Assembly (NCBI GenBank): GCA_902783035.1
Contig: CACZPK010000019.1
Coordinates: forward strand, 4,147 to 68,146
Length of the DNA stretch: 64,000 nucleotides
DNA from: Oscillospiraceae bacterium
GTDB lineage: Bacteria > Bacillota > Clostridia > Oscillospirales > Oscillospiraceae
Direction of reading: 5' to 3'
Shown here piece by piece: positions 20,012 to 29,763 of the stretch (its first letter is position 1; each line of letters begins with the position of its first letter). The notes beneath the pieces were generated by a model, which made no database searches, was not told the DNA's origin, and saw only the letters and a program-made list of their open reading frames with translations. A program made the translations under genes and the position numbers.

Positions 20012-22180
20012 TTACTTGAGGTCGTTCACGGTGATGGCCTTGACGTTGGGCGTACGGCCGTCCTCGGAGGTCGGGATGGACAGCTTGCCGGCGGCGAGCT
20101 GCTCCACTGCCTTCTGGTGCAGTGCCTCATCCCAGTTGTTGCCAACGATCTTCCAGTTGTTGTCGCACTCGGGGGTGATCGTGCCGCCCTTGACGGTCTT
20201 GATGTACTCGGCGATCAGCTCGCGCACGCCGCCGATGTCGCCACGGACATCAATTTCAAGGAGCTGCGGCTTATCGCCGTCCTTGTAGATAACGTCAGAG
20301 AGCAACTGGGAGTTGCAACGATAGTTGTTCACAGCCATCACAAAGCTGTCGTCGTCCTTGACCGGCTCCTTGGTGTCGGACCAGACCAGATTGACGATAC
20401 GCTCGCCTGCGGGCTTAGAGACGTCGATCTCATAGTCGACGCCGGCAAACATGTCGTAGTTGTAGGCACGGATGTCAGGGCTGAAGGAGATGGTCAGATC
20501 GCCTTCCTTGTACTGGTTGAAGTACGAAGCGGCCCACTCCATGAACTTCTTGAGCTGCGCGCCCGTCATCTGCATCTTGTAGAGCGTATTGTCGTACTTG
20601 TAGATCAGGGACGAGTCGGACTTGTGGATGTCGCCCTCGTGCATGTTGGCGTCCATGACAAACAGCGCCGCGGCAGAGACCTTCGCGCCGGTGTAGTACA
20701 TCTGCACCTCGTTGATCAGGTCGATCATCGCGGTATCCATGATCTGCGCAGCGGGGATCTCCTTGATCTCGTTCTCGGGAGCAAGGCTGCCGCCTTCCAG
20801 CTTGCCGATGACGACGTTAGCGTCGGCAATCGCCTGCTCATTGTACGGCTTGAGCAGCGCCAGCATATCAGCGTCGGACTCATAACCCTTGATCTCAACG
20901 GCTTCGGAGGTGCGGTTGAGAACCTTCCAGCCATCGGCGCTCTTGCCGAGGATGAGATGGATCTCGTTCATGGTCTGCGCCTGGTTCTTGTTCTGGATAA
21001 CCAGCACGTCGTTGATCATCTTGCCCGGAACAAGCGCGTGCTCATGGGAAGAGACGATCAGGTCGAACTCGGGGCAGGCGTTGGCGAGGTCGGTGCAGCC
21101 GGAGTTTGCCACGCCGTACTCGTTGTCGATGCCCATGTGCATCACGCCGATGAGGATGTCCACATCGTTGCCGATCTTATCGATGATCTTGCGGGTTTCC
21201 ACCACGGGATCATTGACGGTGCACTTGGCGAGGTTGGCAGCGTCCCAGCGGGTGATGTTCTGCGTAACCATGCCGATGACGCCGATCTTGACGCCATTCT
21301 TCTCAATGATGGTGTAGCCGTCGGCGATGGGGTTGCCGTCCTCGTCGAGCACGTTGCCGACAAGCGCCTTGCCGTCAAAGGAAGCGATGACCTTCTTGAG
21401 GGTGTCCATGCCGAAGTTGTATTCGTGGTTGCCGGTGACCCACACATCGTACTTCATGGCGTTGAGCGCCTGAAGCATCGGGTGGACCTCTTCGCCGAGG
21501 AAGATCTGAGCGGAGTTGTCCTGAATGGTGTCGCCCGCGTCAACGAGCAGCGTGTTCTCGGTGCGGCGCTCCTTAACGGCAGTGGCAAGCTGGGTCATGC
21601 TGCCGGCGGTGCTCTCCGTGTTGGTGGCATAGGCCCAGGGATAGAACTTGCCGTGCAGGTCGCTGGTGGCGAGAACCTGAAGATCCATGACCTCGCTGTA
21701 GGTCGCGACGTTCTTTCTGGAAAGACGCAGCAGTACCTGTGCGAACTCGGCACGGGTCATCTCCTTGTCGAGCATCAGATTGCCGCTCTCGTCGCCGACA
21801 AACAAGCCGTCGGCGTCAACGCCGCTCACGCCGGCAAAGGCCTCCAAAAGCTCCTTGACCTGCGCGCGGGTGACGGTTCCGGCACCGCCCACGCTGGGAT
21901 CAAACTCGGGCAGGACAGTGTCCGCCCATTCGGTTGCGGTGTCGTCCGCAGCGGCGACTGCGGGCTTGCCAACCAGAGCGTAGAGCGCCTCGATCGTGTT
22001 CAGGGCGGTAACAGGGGTGTTCGGCTCAAATCCGCCCGCGGCGTCGGCCATAAGGCCATTGGCGGTGACATACTGCTGTGCCTCGGCATACCAGGGCGAC
22101 TCCGCCGCCATGGCGGGGACCGCCAGAGACAGTGCCATAACAAGGCTCAGTACCAGCGCGAGAAATTTCTTGTGATTCAT
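20012..22180 (-). CDS. Secreted SLH-anchored 2',3'-cyclic-nucleotide phosphodiesterase / 5'-nucleotidase
   Basis: Signal peptide MNHKKFLALVL..AMA; TRAQ/TRAE SLH motifs; metallophosphoesterase DLHG, DAGD, GNHE, HEH; C-terminal nucleotidase domain. Confidence 0.88.
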   Translation of the reverse strand: MNHKKFLALVLSLVMALSLAVPAMAAESPWYAEAQQYVTANGLMADAAGGFEPNTPVTALNTIEALYALVGKPAVAAADDTATEWADTVLPEFDPSVGGAGTVTRAQVKELLEAFAGVSGVDADGLFVGDESGNLMLDKEMTRAEFAQVLLRLSRKNVATYSEVMDLQVLATSDLHGKFYPWAYATNTESTAGSMTQLATAVKERRTENTLLVDAGDTIQDNSAQIFLGEEVHPMLQALNAMKYDVWVTGNHEYNFGMDTLKKVIASFDGKALVGNVLDEDGNPIADGYTIIEKNGVKIGVIGMVTQNITRWDAANLAKCTVNDPVVETRKIIDKIGNDVDILIGVMHMGIDNEYGVANSGCTDLANACPEFDLIVSSHEHALVPGKMINDVLVIQNKNQAQTMNEIHLILGKSADGWKVLNRTSEAVEIKGYESDADMLALLKPYNEQAIADANVVIGKLEGGSLAPENEIKEIPAAQIMDTAMIDLINEVQMYYTGAKVSAAALFVMDANMHEGDIHKSDSSLIYKYDNTLYKMQMTGAQLKKFMEWAASYFNQYKEGDLTISFSPDIRAYNYDMFAGVDYEIDVSKPAGERIVNLVWSDTKEPVKDDDSFVMAVNNYRCNSQLLSDVIYKDGDKPQLLEIDVRGDIGGVRELIAEYIKTVKGGTITPECDNNWKIVGNNWDEALHQKAVEQLAAGKLSIPTSEDGRTPNVKAITVNDLK

Positions 22181-22457
22181 TGGAATCATTCCTTTCGTTT
22201 CCCGGCGAGCCGCTTTTCGCCAAAGCGCCTCTTGAGGGATTAGTGAAATGAGTATAGCACGTCTTTGGTCAAAATGCAACAATAATCTGCGGCTGTCCGC
22301 CCGTCTTTTGTGCGGGTTTACATAATCAGGCGGTTCACGGGCAAAAAGCCTCAATACCATCTGCAAAATTTACATCTTTTTAACGTCTTTTCCGATTGCC
22401 GAAACGCAAAAAAAAGTGTATGATACCAAGGAATATTCGCGAAAGGAAACGAAAAGG

Positions 22458-25427
22458 TTGAAAGTCGGACTGGACGTTGGTTCCACCACGATCAAGTGCG
22501 TGGTACTGGACGACGCTGACAATATCATATACAGCACCTATGAACGGCACATGAGTCACATCGTCGACAAGACGGAAGAGCTGCTGCGCCGGGTCGCGCG
22601 TGAGCATGTCCCGGGCGGCCGCGCGGTGTTTGCGATCTCCGGCTCCGCCGGCATGGGCATGGCGGAGAGCGTGGGCGTGCCCTTCGTGCAGGAGGTGTTT
22701 GCCACGCGCGTCGCGGCGAACCGCCTCGCGCCGGGGACGGACGTGGTCATCGAGCTGGGCGGCGAGGACGCGAAGATCCTCTTCCTCACCGGCGGCATGG
22801 ATGTGCGCATGAACGGCTCCTGTGCCGGCGGCACGGGCGCTTTCATCGACCAGATGGCAACGCTTTTGAAGCTCACCGACGATGAGATGGACGCGGCGGC
22901 GGGCCGCGCTGAGAAAACGTACACGATCGCTTCGCGCTGCGGCGTGTTCGCCAAAAGCGACGTACAGCCGCTGATCAATCAGGGCGCGCGCTCGGAGGAC
23001 ATTGCCGCCAGCATTTATCAGGCAGTGGTCAACCAGACCATCGCGGGGCTTGCGCAGGGGCGCCCGATCCGCGGGAACATTCTCTACCTCGGCGGGCCGC
23101 TGAGCTTCAACCGCACGCTGCGCGCAAGTTTTGACAAGGCGCTGGGCGTAACCGGGGTCTGCCCCGATCACAGCCTGCTGTTCGTCTCGCTGGGCGCGGC
23201 ATATTACTCAGACAGGGAATTCGACCTGAACGCCGTGGCGGAGACCCTCCACGGCAAAGGGATGACAGAGACCTATCGCGCCCAGCCGCCGCTGTTTGCG
23301 GATGAGGCGGCATACCGCGCGTTCTGCGCGCGCCATGCGCGCGCGACCGTTGCGCGCGCTCCATTCCCCGCAGACTATGACGCGCCCGTCCACATCGGCA
23401 TCGACTCTGGCTCGACGACGGTCAAGACCGTCGTCATCGGCACGGACGGCGCACTGCTCTTCACGGACTACCAGCCCAACCGGGGCAATCCCGTCCCGCT
23501 CATCCGGGACATATTGCGTCAGCTTTATGCGGAGCATCCGCGGCTGCGCATTGCCTCCGTCACCACCACGGGTTACGGCGAGGAGCTGGCCAAAAACGCC
23601 TTCCATGCCGATCTCGGCGTGGTGGAAACCGTGGCGCACTTCACGGCGGCAAAGCATTTCCTGCCCGATGTGGATTTCATCATCGACATCGGCGGGCAGG
23701 ACATGAAGTGCTTCAAGATCGAAGACGGCGCCATCAGCGACATCTTCCTCAACGAAGCCTGTTCGTCCGGCTGCGGCAGCTTTTTGCAGACCTTCGCGCA
23801 GGCGCTTGGCTACGAGGTTAAGGATTTCGCGAAGCTCGGATTGTTCGCGCCGCGCCCCGTCGACCTCGGCAGCCGCTGCACGGTGTTTATGAACTCCAGC
23901 GTCAAGCAGGCGCAAAAGGACGGCGCGAGCGTGGAGAACATCTCCGCCGGCCTGTCGATCAGCGTCGTAAAAAACGCGATCTACAAGGTCATCCGCGCCT
24001 CGTCCCCCGACGAGCTGGGCAAGCGCATCGTCGTACAGGGCGGCACCTTCCACAACGAAGCGGTGCTGCGCGCCTTTGAACAGGAAATGGGCGTCGAGGT
24101 CATCCGTCCCGACATCGCCGGTCTGATGGGCGCGTACGGCGCGGCGCTCTATGGCATGGCCCATGCAAAGCCCGGTCAGAAAAGCACGCTGCTCTCTTCC
24201 GCCGCGCTGGACACATTCCGGCAGGAAACGCGCACCGAGACCTGCCAGCGCTGCGGCAATCATTGCCAGCTCACGGTCAACACTTTCGCCGACGGCTCAT
24301 CCTTCATCAGCGGCAACCGCTGCGACCGCCCCATCACGGGCAAGGCGGGCGGCGAAGAACGCAATCTGTATGAGTACAAGCGGCGCCTGATCCTCTCCTA
24401 TAAGCCCGGCGAAAACCGCCGCGGCATGATTGCCCTGCCGCTGTGCCTCAATCTCTGGGAGCTGCTGCCGTTCTGGCACACGTTTTTCACGCAGCTCGGT
24501 TTCGCCGTGTGCCACAGTCCGCTGTCCAGCCGCAAACTGTATCTGGACGGGCAGGGCACCATTCCCAGCGACACCGCCTGCTTCCCCGCAAAGCTGGCAC
24601 ACGGGCATATCGCGGCGCTGGCAAGGCTGAAGCCGGACGCCATTTTCTACCCCTGCATGACATATAATGTGGACGAGGGGCTGGGGCAGAACCACTACAA
24701 CTGCCCCGTCGTCGCCTACTACCCCGAGGTCATCGCCGGCAACTGCCCGGAGGTGCAGCAGACGAAATTCATTTATGATTATGTCGGGCTGCATCGGCCG
24801 AAGGATTTCGCCCGCAAAATGCACGAGATCCTGGAGCGGCACTTCCCCGGCATTTCGGCGCGGGAAGTGCGTCAGGCCGCGAACGCCGCTTATGCCGAGT
24901 ATGCGCGGCACATGGCGGCGGTGCGCGCCGAGGGCGCGCGCATCATCGAGGCCGCGCGTGCCGAGGGCCGGCATATTATCGTGCTCTCAGGCCGCCCCTA
25001 TCATATTGACCCCGAGATCAACCACGGCATCGACACGCTCATCACGCGCATGGGCGCGGCTGTGGTAACGGAGGACGCCATTTCCAACCGCGTGAAGCGT
25101 TTTGAAACGTCGGTGCTCAACCAGTGGACATACCACGCGCGGCTGTATGCCGCGGCGAAATACTGTCTCTCGCAGCCGGACATGGATCTTGTGCAGCTGG
25201 TGTCCTTCGGCTGCGGCGTAGACGCGATCACCACGGATGAAACGAAGGAGATCCTGCGCGACGGCGGCAAGCTCTACACCCAGCTCAAGATCGACGAAAT
25301 CACCAACCTCGGAGCAGTGCGTATCCGCCTGCGGAGCCTTTTCGCCGCGCTGGAGGAGAAGGAGGAAACGGAAGAGAATGGAAATGAATTACCCGGTGTT
25401 CACGCCGGCCATGAAAAAGACGCATAA
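22458..25427 (+). CDS. Acyl-CoA dehydratase activase-related protein (two BadF/BcrAD ATPase domains plus DUF2229-type domain)
   Basis: GLDVGSTT and GIDSGSTT, SCAGGTG, ACSSGCG, CFPAK; TTG start. Confidence 0.9.
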   Translation: MKVGLDVGSTTIKCVVLDDADNIIYSTYERHMSHIVDKTEELLRRVAREHVPGGRAVFAISGSAGMGMAESVGVPFVQEVFATRVAANRLAPGTDVVIELGGEDAKILFLTGGMDVRMNGSCAGGTGAFIDQMATLLKLTDDEMDAAAGRAEKTYTIASRCGVFAKSDVQPLINQGARSEDIAASIYQAVVNQTIAGLAQGRPIRGNILYLGGPLSFNRTLRASFDKALGVTGVCPDHSLLFVSLGAAYYSDREFDLNAVAETLHGKGMTETYRAQPPLFADEAAYRAFCARHARATVARAPFPADYDAPVHIGIDSGSTTVKTVVIGTDGALLFTDYQPNRGNPVPLIRDILRQLYAEHPRLRIASVTTTGYGEELAKNAFHADLGVVETVAHFTAAKHFLPDVDFIIDIGGQDMKCFKIEDGAISDIFLNEACSSGCGSFLQTFAQALGYEVKDFAKLGLFAPRPVDLGSRCTVFMNSSVKQAQKDGASVENISAGLSISVVKNAIYKVIRASSPDELGKRIVVQGGTFHNEAVLRAFEQEMGVEVIRPDIAGLMGAYGAALYGMAHAKPGQKSTLLSSAALDTFRQETRTETCQRCGNHCQLTVNTFADGSSFISGNRCDRPITGKAGGEERNLYEYKRRLILSYKPGENRRGMIALPLCLNLWELLPFWHTFFTQLGFAVCHSPLSSRKLYLDGQGTIPSDTACFPAKLAHGHIAALARLKPDAIFYPCMTYNVDEGLGQNHYNCPVVAYYPEVIAGNCPEVQQTKFIYDYVGLHRPKDFARKMHEILERHFPGISAREVRQAANAAYAEYARHMAAVRAEGARIIEAARAEGRHIIVLSGRPYHIDPEINHGIDTLITRMGAAVVTEDAISNRVKRFETSVLNQWTYHARLYAAAKYCLSQPDMDLVQLVSFGCGVDAITTDETKEILRDGGKLYTQLKIDEITNLGAVRIRLRSLFAALEEKEETEENGNELPGVHAGHEKDA

Positions 25428-26652
25428 AATCCTGATCCCAAACATGGCGCCGGTGCAATTCCGTATGCTTGCCGCCGCCATGCGGCACGAAGGTTACGAC
25501 GTGGAATTGCTGGGCAACTGCGGTTCCCAGGTCGCCGAACAGGGACTGAAATACGTCCACAATGACACCTGCTACCCCGCGCTGCTGGTCATCGGGCAGT
25601 TTCTCGACGCGCTGGAGTCCGGGAAGTACGACCTCGACCATACGGCGCTGATCATCACACAGACCGGCGGCGGCTGCCGCGCGTCGAACTACCTCTTTTT
25701 GCTGCGCAAAGCGCTCAAGCGCGCGGGACTGGGGCAGATCCCCGTCCTGAGCCTCAACTTCTCCGGGCTGGAGAAAAGCAGCAGCCTGCCGATGAGCATT
25801 CATTTTGCGCGGATGCTGCTCGCGGCGATCTATTACGGCGACCTGCTCGTCACGCTGCGCGCGCAGACGGAGCCGTACGAGCGACGCGCCGGCGACGCGC
25901 GGGCGATGCAGGAAAAGTGGCTGGATAGGATCTGCGGCGAGATCGAGCGCGGGCACGGCTACTCCCAGCGTGAGATGAAGCGCGTTATGCCGCAAATCGC
26001 GCAGGATTTTGCCGCCATTCCCGTCGAGCGTGTACCGAAGGTCAAGGTCGGCGTGGTGGGCGAGATCTATGTGAAGTATTCGCCGCTGGGCAACAACGAT
26101 CTGGAGAAGTTCCTCGCCTCCGAAGGCTGCGAGGTCAATCTGCCCGGTCTGATGGGCTTTGTCCAGTACTGCGCCTATGACATCTCGGAGGCGGCACGCC
26201 TTTACGGCGGATCGTTCTGGGAAAAGCACATTTCGGGGTGGGTGCTGGCGTACATCGGGCGCATGGAGCAGGTCATCATCTCCTCCCTGCGCGAAGCCGG
26301 ATTCCACGCGCCGCTGCCATTCAGCGAGCTGACCAAACTCACCGACGGCCTGATCGGCATGGGCGACGTGATGGGCGAGGGCTGGCTTTTGACCGCCGAG
26401 ATGGTGGAACTGATCCGCGCAGGTTACGAAAACATCATCTGCGCCCAGCCCTTCGGCTGCCTGCCCAACCACATCTGCGGAAAGGGCATGATCAACAAGC
26501 TGCGCGAGCTGTATCCGCAGGCGAACATCACGCCCATCGACTACGACCCCAGCGCCACGCGCGTCAATCAGGAAAACCGCATCAAGCTGATGCTCGCCGT
26601 GGCGCGCGAGCGCCTCGCCGATCGCGAGGGTTTGCCGCACATGAGCGCATAA
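25378..26652 (+). CDS. 2-hydroxyacyl-CoA dehydratase family protein (activase partner)
   Basis: NDTCYPA, TGGGCRASNY, QPFGCLPNH; AAGGAGG upstream. Confidence 0.88.
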   Translation: MEMNYPVFTPAMKKTHKILIPNMAPVQFRMLAAAMRHEGYDVELLGNCGSQVAEQGLKYVHNDTCYPALLVIGQFLDALESGKYDLDHTALIITQTGGGCRASNYLFLLRKALKRAGLGQIPVLSLNFSGLEKSSSLPMSIHFARMLLAAIYYGDLLVTLRAQTEPYERRAGDARAMQEKWLDRICGEIERGHGYSQREMKRVMPQIAQDFAAIPVERVPKVKVGVVGEIYVKYSPLGNNDLEKFLASEGCEVNLPGLMGFVQYCAYDISEAARLYGGSFWEKHISGWVLAYIGRMEQVIISSLREAGFHAPLPFSELTKLTDGLIGMGDVMGEGWLLTAEMVELIRAGYENIICAQPFGCLPNHICGKGMINKLRELYPQANITPIDYDPSATRVNQENRIKLMLAVARERLADREGLPHMSA

Positions 26653-26673
26653 ATAAAGAAGTTATAAATTCAG

Positions 26674-26717
26674 CCCGCTCCTTGTCCGCCTCTTAGCGGC
26701 AGGGAGCGGGTGCTTTT
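26674..26717 (+). terminator. Intrinsic terminator
   Basis: CCCGCTCCTTGTCCGC..GCGGCAGGGAGCGGG then TGCTTTT. Confidence 0.65.
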
Positions 26718-26785
26718 CACCCTTTGAACGGCCCGCCGCTCTATACTGTTAGGGCAAGACCCAAAACAAAAAGAGAGGTGGCAAA

Positions 26786-27346
26786 ATGAGCGAAAAGATG
26801 AAGCAGACGCTGCAGGAAGCCTTGCAGCCGGGAGAATCCGTCGTGTGGGAGGGCAAAACGCAGCCATTTCGTATCTTCGACGGGAAAGAGGGGCGCGGCG
26901 TACTGCTGCGCTGGCTCATCACGCTGGGCATCACCGTGTGGATGGCGGCTGCGTATGCGACACACAACGGCAAGGGTACGGTATTCTACGCGGTTCTGGC
27001 GCTGATTCTCATCATCGTGATCGGCACATCCGTGCTCTCCTACCGACAAACGGTCGGGCAGTACTGCCTGCTGACAAATCGCCGCGCGCTGATCATCCGT
27101 CCCAACGGCAATGTGTTCGCAATGCTGCGCTCAGATATCGGCACGGCGCAGCTCTATCCGCTCGACTACGGCGGCGCGGCGATCGCTCTGGGCAGTGCAT
27201 TGTTGCCCGAGCGGGACAAGCAGCTGCGCTGGCGCGCCAATCATCCGCTGGAATCGTCCGATTACACACTGCACGGAATGGTGTTCTACCACGTAGAGAA
27301 CGCCGACGCCGCCATGCACCTGTTGGATGCGGCCAAGGGGGTGTGA
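26786..27346 (+). CDS. Hypothetical membrane protein (2 TM plus possible PH-like domain)
   Basis: GAGGTG RBS; LQPGESVVWEGK N-terminus; two hydrophobic segments. Confidence 0.75.
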   Translation: MSEKMKQTLQEALQPGESVVWEGKTQPFRIFDGKEGRGVLLRWLITLGITVWMAAAYATHNGKGTVFYAVLALILIIVIGTSVLSYRQTVGQYCLLTNRRALIIRPNGNVFAMLRSDIGTAQLYPLDYGGAAIALGSALLPERDKQLRWRANHPLESSDYTLHGMVFYHVENADAAMHLLDAAKGV

Positions 27347-27350
27347 AATC

Positions 27351-27641
27351 ATGGAGGTTTCCAAGCTGTTCGTCGTGCTGATGGGCATGGGCACTACTTT
27401 CATAGGGCTGATTTGCATCATTTTCCTGACGACTCTGATGGGGCGGATCATGCAGGCGCTGGAACGGCAGGCGCCGCAGCCCCCATCCCGTCCGTCCGAG
27501 CTTCCGAAGGCGGAACGTGCTCCCGGTTTGCCGGCGGATGGCATACCCGGCAATGTAAAGATCGCCATTCTGGCTGCGCTGATGCAGACCCCGGGATTTC
27601 GTCTGGAGGACGTAACCGATATTGTGATTCACAAGGTATAA
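27351..27641 (+). CDS. OadG-like (Na+-pumping decarboxylase gamma/delta subunit) small membrane protein
   Basis: MGMGTTFIGLICII TM helix, Pro/Ala linker, IAILAAL C-terminal motif. Confidence 0.7.
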   Translation: MEVSKLFVVLMGMGTTFIGLICIIFLTTLMGRIMQALERQAPQPPSRPSELPKAERAPGLPADGIPGNVKIAILAALMQTPGFRLEDVTDIVIHKV

Positions 27642-27645
27642 TACG

Positions 27646-27677
27646 CGGGGCGGAACTGCGGTTCCGCCCCGTTTTTT
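27646..27677 (+). terminator. Intrinsic terminator
   Basis: CGGGGCGGAAC-tgcg-GTTCCGCCCCG-T6. Confidence 0.88.
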
Positions 27678-27708
27678 GATGGCATCTTAACGGACGGTAT
27701 GCTATAAT

Positions 27709-27866
27709 AGCCGCAAGCGGCTATTATATTGATCCAGCTGCATGCAGCACAACGGCGCTGCGCGCCTGTGCTGCAACAGCCGCAAGCGGCTATTATATTG
27801 ATCCAGCTGCATGCAGCACAACGGCGCTGCGCGCCTGTGCTGCAACAGCCGCAAGAGGCTATTATA
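27709..27866. repeat. 69-bp tandem repeat (2.3 copies) in the kdpD-like leader
   Basis: AGCCGCAAG(C/A)GGCTATTATA at 27709, 27778 and 27847, separated by two identical 49-bp segments. Confidence 0.95.
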
Positions 27867-27883
27867 CAAGGAGGTGTCCGGGT

Positions 27884-28969
27884 GTGTGTAAACCCCGCCA
27901 AATACCACGGGCGCTGCGCGACGCGGCGCTGACCGCGGCGGTACTCGCGGCGGCCGTGGGGCTGTGTGCCCTGCTGGCTCATTTCGCCGAGGGGGACACC
28001 TACGTCGGTTTTCTTTTCGTGCTGGCGGTCGCCTTCATATCCCGCTGGACGGAAGGTTATCTCTGGGGCATTTTCAGCTCGTTTTTTGGGGTGGTGTGTG
28101 TCAACTATGTGTTCACCTATCCCTACTGGGAGTTCAACTTCACAATGACGGGCTACCCGCTGACTTTCGTAACGCTGCTGGCGGTGGCGTCGATGGTCAG
28201 CGCGATGACCACGCAGATCAAGCGCCAGGAGCGCGAGCGTCTGGAAACCGAACGCGAGGCGATCCGTGCCGATCTGCTGCGCGCCATGTCGCATGACATC
28301 CGCACGCCGCTGACATCCATCGTCGGCAACACGGCGGCCGTGCTGGAGGATCAGGGCACGCTCTCGGCGGAGCAAAAGCGTTCGTTGCTGGAGGATGTGA
28401 ACGAAGACGCGCAATGGCTCATCCGCATGGTGGAAAACATCCTTTCCATCACCCGCGTCCGCGGCGCGGGCGTACTCAACACGGAGGCGGAGGTCGCCGA
28501 AGAGGTGATGGGCGTGGCGGCGCGAAAATTTGCCAAGCGCTTTCCGGAAACCCGCATTTCGGTGGAGGCACCGGACGAGGTGCTGTTGGTGCCAATGGAC
28601 GCAACACTCATCGAGCAGGTCATTCTGAACCTGATGGAAAATGCGGTCATCCACGGCGGCGCGACGGAACTGGCCCTGCGCATCGTCCGCGACGGCGATG
28701 CCGCCCGTTTCTCCGTCAGCGACAACGGCCGCGGTATCCCCGCGGAAAAGCTGGTCACGCTGTTCGACGCCACATCCCCCGCCGTGCAGCGCGGCGGCTG
28801 CGACGGGAAGAAAAACATGGGCATCGGGCTTTCCGTCTGCCGCACCGTCGTCAAGGCGCACGGCGGCGCAATGTCCGCTGAGAACCGTGCAGAGGGCGGA
28901 GCGGAGCTGCGTTTTACCCTGCCGCTGAAACAGATCAAGGAGGAAACAGGCGATGAAACTCAAGGATAA
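27884..28969 (+). CDS. KdpD-like sensor kinase (DUF4118 TM domain plus HK; lacks KdpD/USP N-terminal domains)
   Basis: Four TM; LLRAMSHDIRTPL, NLMENAV, DNGRGI, GIGLS; AAGGAGGT RBS. Confidence 0.88.
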   Translation: MCKPRQIPRALRDAALTAAVLAAAVGLCALLAHFAEGDTYVGFLFVLAVAFISRWTEGYLWGIFSSFFGVVCVNYVFTYPYWEFNFTMTGYPLTFVTLLAVASMVSAMTTQIKRQERERLETEREAIRADLLRAMSHDIRTPLTSIVGNTAAVLEDQGTLSAEQKRSLLEDVNEDAQWLIRMVENILSITRVRGAGVLNTEAEVAEEVMGVAARKFAKRFPETRISVEAPDEVLLVPMDATLIEQVILNLMENAVIHGGATELALRIVRDGDAARFSVSDNGRGIPAEKLVTLFDATSPAVQRGGCDGKKNMGIGLSVCRTVVKAHGGAMSAENRAEGGAELRFTLPLKQIKEETGDETQG

Positions 28970-29663
28970 GGTGCTCATCATCGAGGATGAACCGAGCATC
29001 CGCAACTTCATTTCGACGGTGCTCACCGCCAACGGCTACGACACCATTCTCGCCGCACAGGGATCGGAGGCGCTGTCGATGATCTCCTCCCACTGCCCTG
29101 ACCTGATCATCCTCGACCTTGGCCTGCCGGACATGGACGGTCTCGACATCCTGCGGGACGTGCGCTCCTGGTCTAATCTGCCGGTGATCGTCGTCTCGGC
29201 CCGTACACATGAACACGACAAGGTCGAGGCGCTCGACCTCGGCGCAGACGATTACATTGAGAAGCCGTTCGGCACCAGCGAACTGCTGGCCCGTATCCGC
29301 ACCGCCATCCGGCACACGCGCACGCCGCTCGCCAACGGCGGCATCGCCCAGTCCGGCAAGTTTTGCGTCGGCGCGCTGACCATCGACTACGACAAGCATC
29401 ACGTCCTCATGGACGGCCAGGACGTCCATCTGACGCTCAATGAATTCAAAATTGTGGCGCTGCTGGGGAAATATGCCGGCAAGGTGCTGACCTACGACTA
29501 CATGATCCGCGAGATCTGGGGGCCGAAGGCAAAGGCAGACAATCAGATCCTGCGCGTCAACATGGCAAACATCCGCCGCAAGCTCGAAGCCAACCCCGCC
29601 GAACCGGAGTACATCTTCACCGAGATCGGCGTGGGCTACCGGATGCGGGATGAGGACACGTAA
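28953..29663 (+). CDS. kdpE: KdpE-like OmpR-family response regulator
   Basis: LDLGLPDMDG, KVEALDLGADDY, LRVNMANIRRKLE, TEIGVGYR. Confidence 0.85.
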   Translation: MKLKDKVLIIEDEPSIRNFISTVLTANGYDTILAAQGSEALSMISSHCPDLIILDLGLPDMDGLDILRDVRSWSNLPVIVVSARTHEHDKVEALDLGADDYIEKPFGTSELLARIRTAIRHTRTPLANGGIAQSGKFCVGALTIDYDKHHVLMDGQDVHLTLNEFKIVALLGKYAGKVLTYDYMIREIWGPKAKADNQILRVNMANIRRKLEANPAEPEYIFTEIGVGYRMRDEDT

Positions 29664-29763
29664 TCTGGCCTTATAAAAATATCATGTATTGGCTCTTCTA
29701 ATCATGCCATTTTCAGGGTATAGTCTCCGTTGTCAAGGCGCAAAATAATAAGGAGGCTGACCC

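Noticed and set aside
27709-27866. CRISPR mini-array reading of the repeat
   Set aside because: The spacers are identical, the repeat is only 20 bp, and no cas genes are present.
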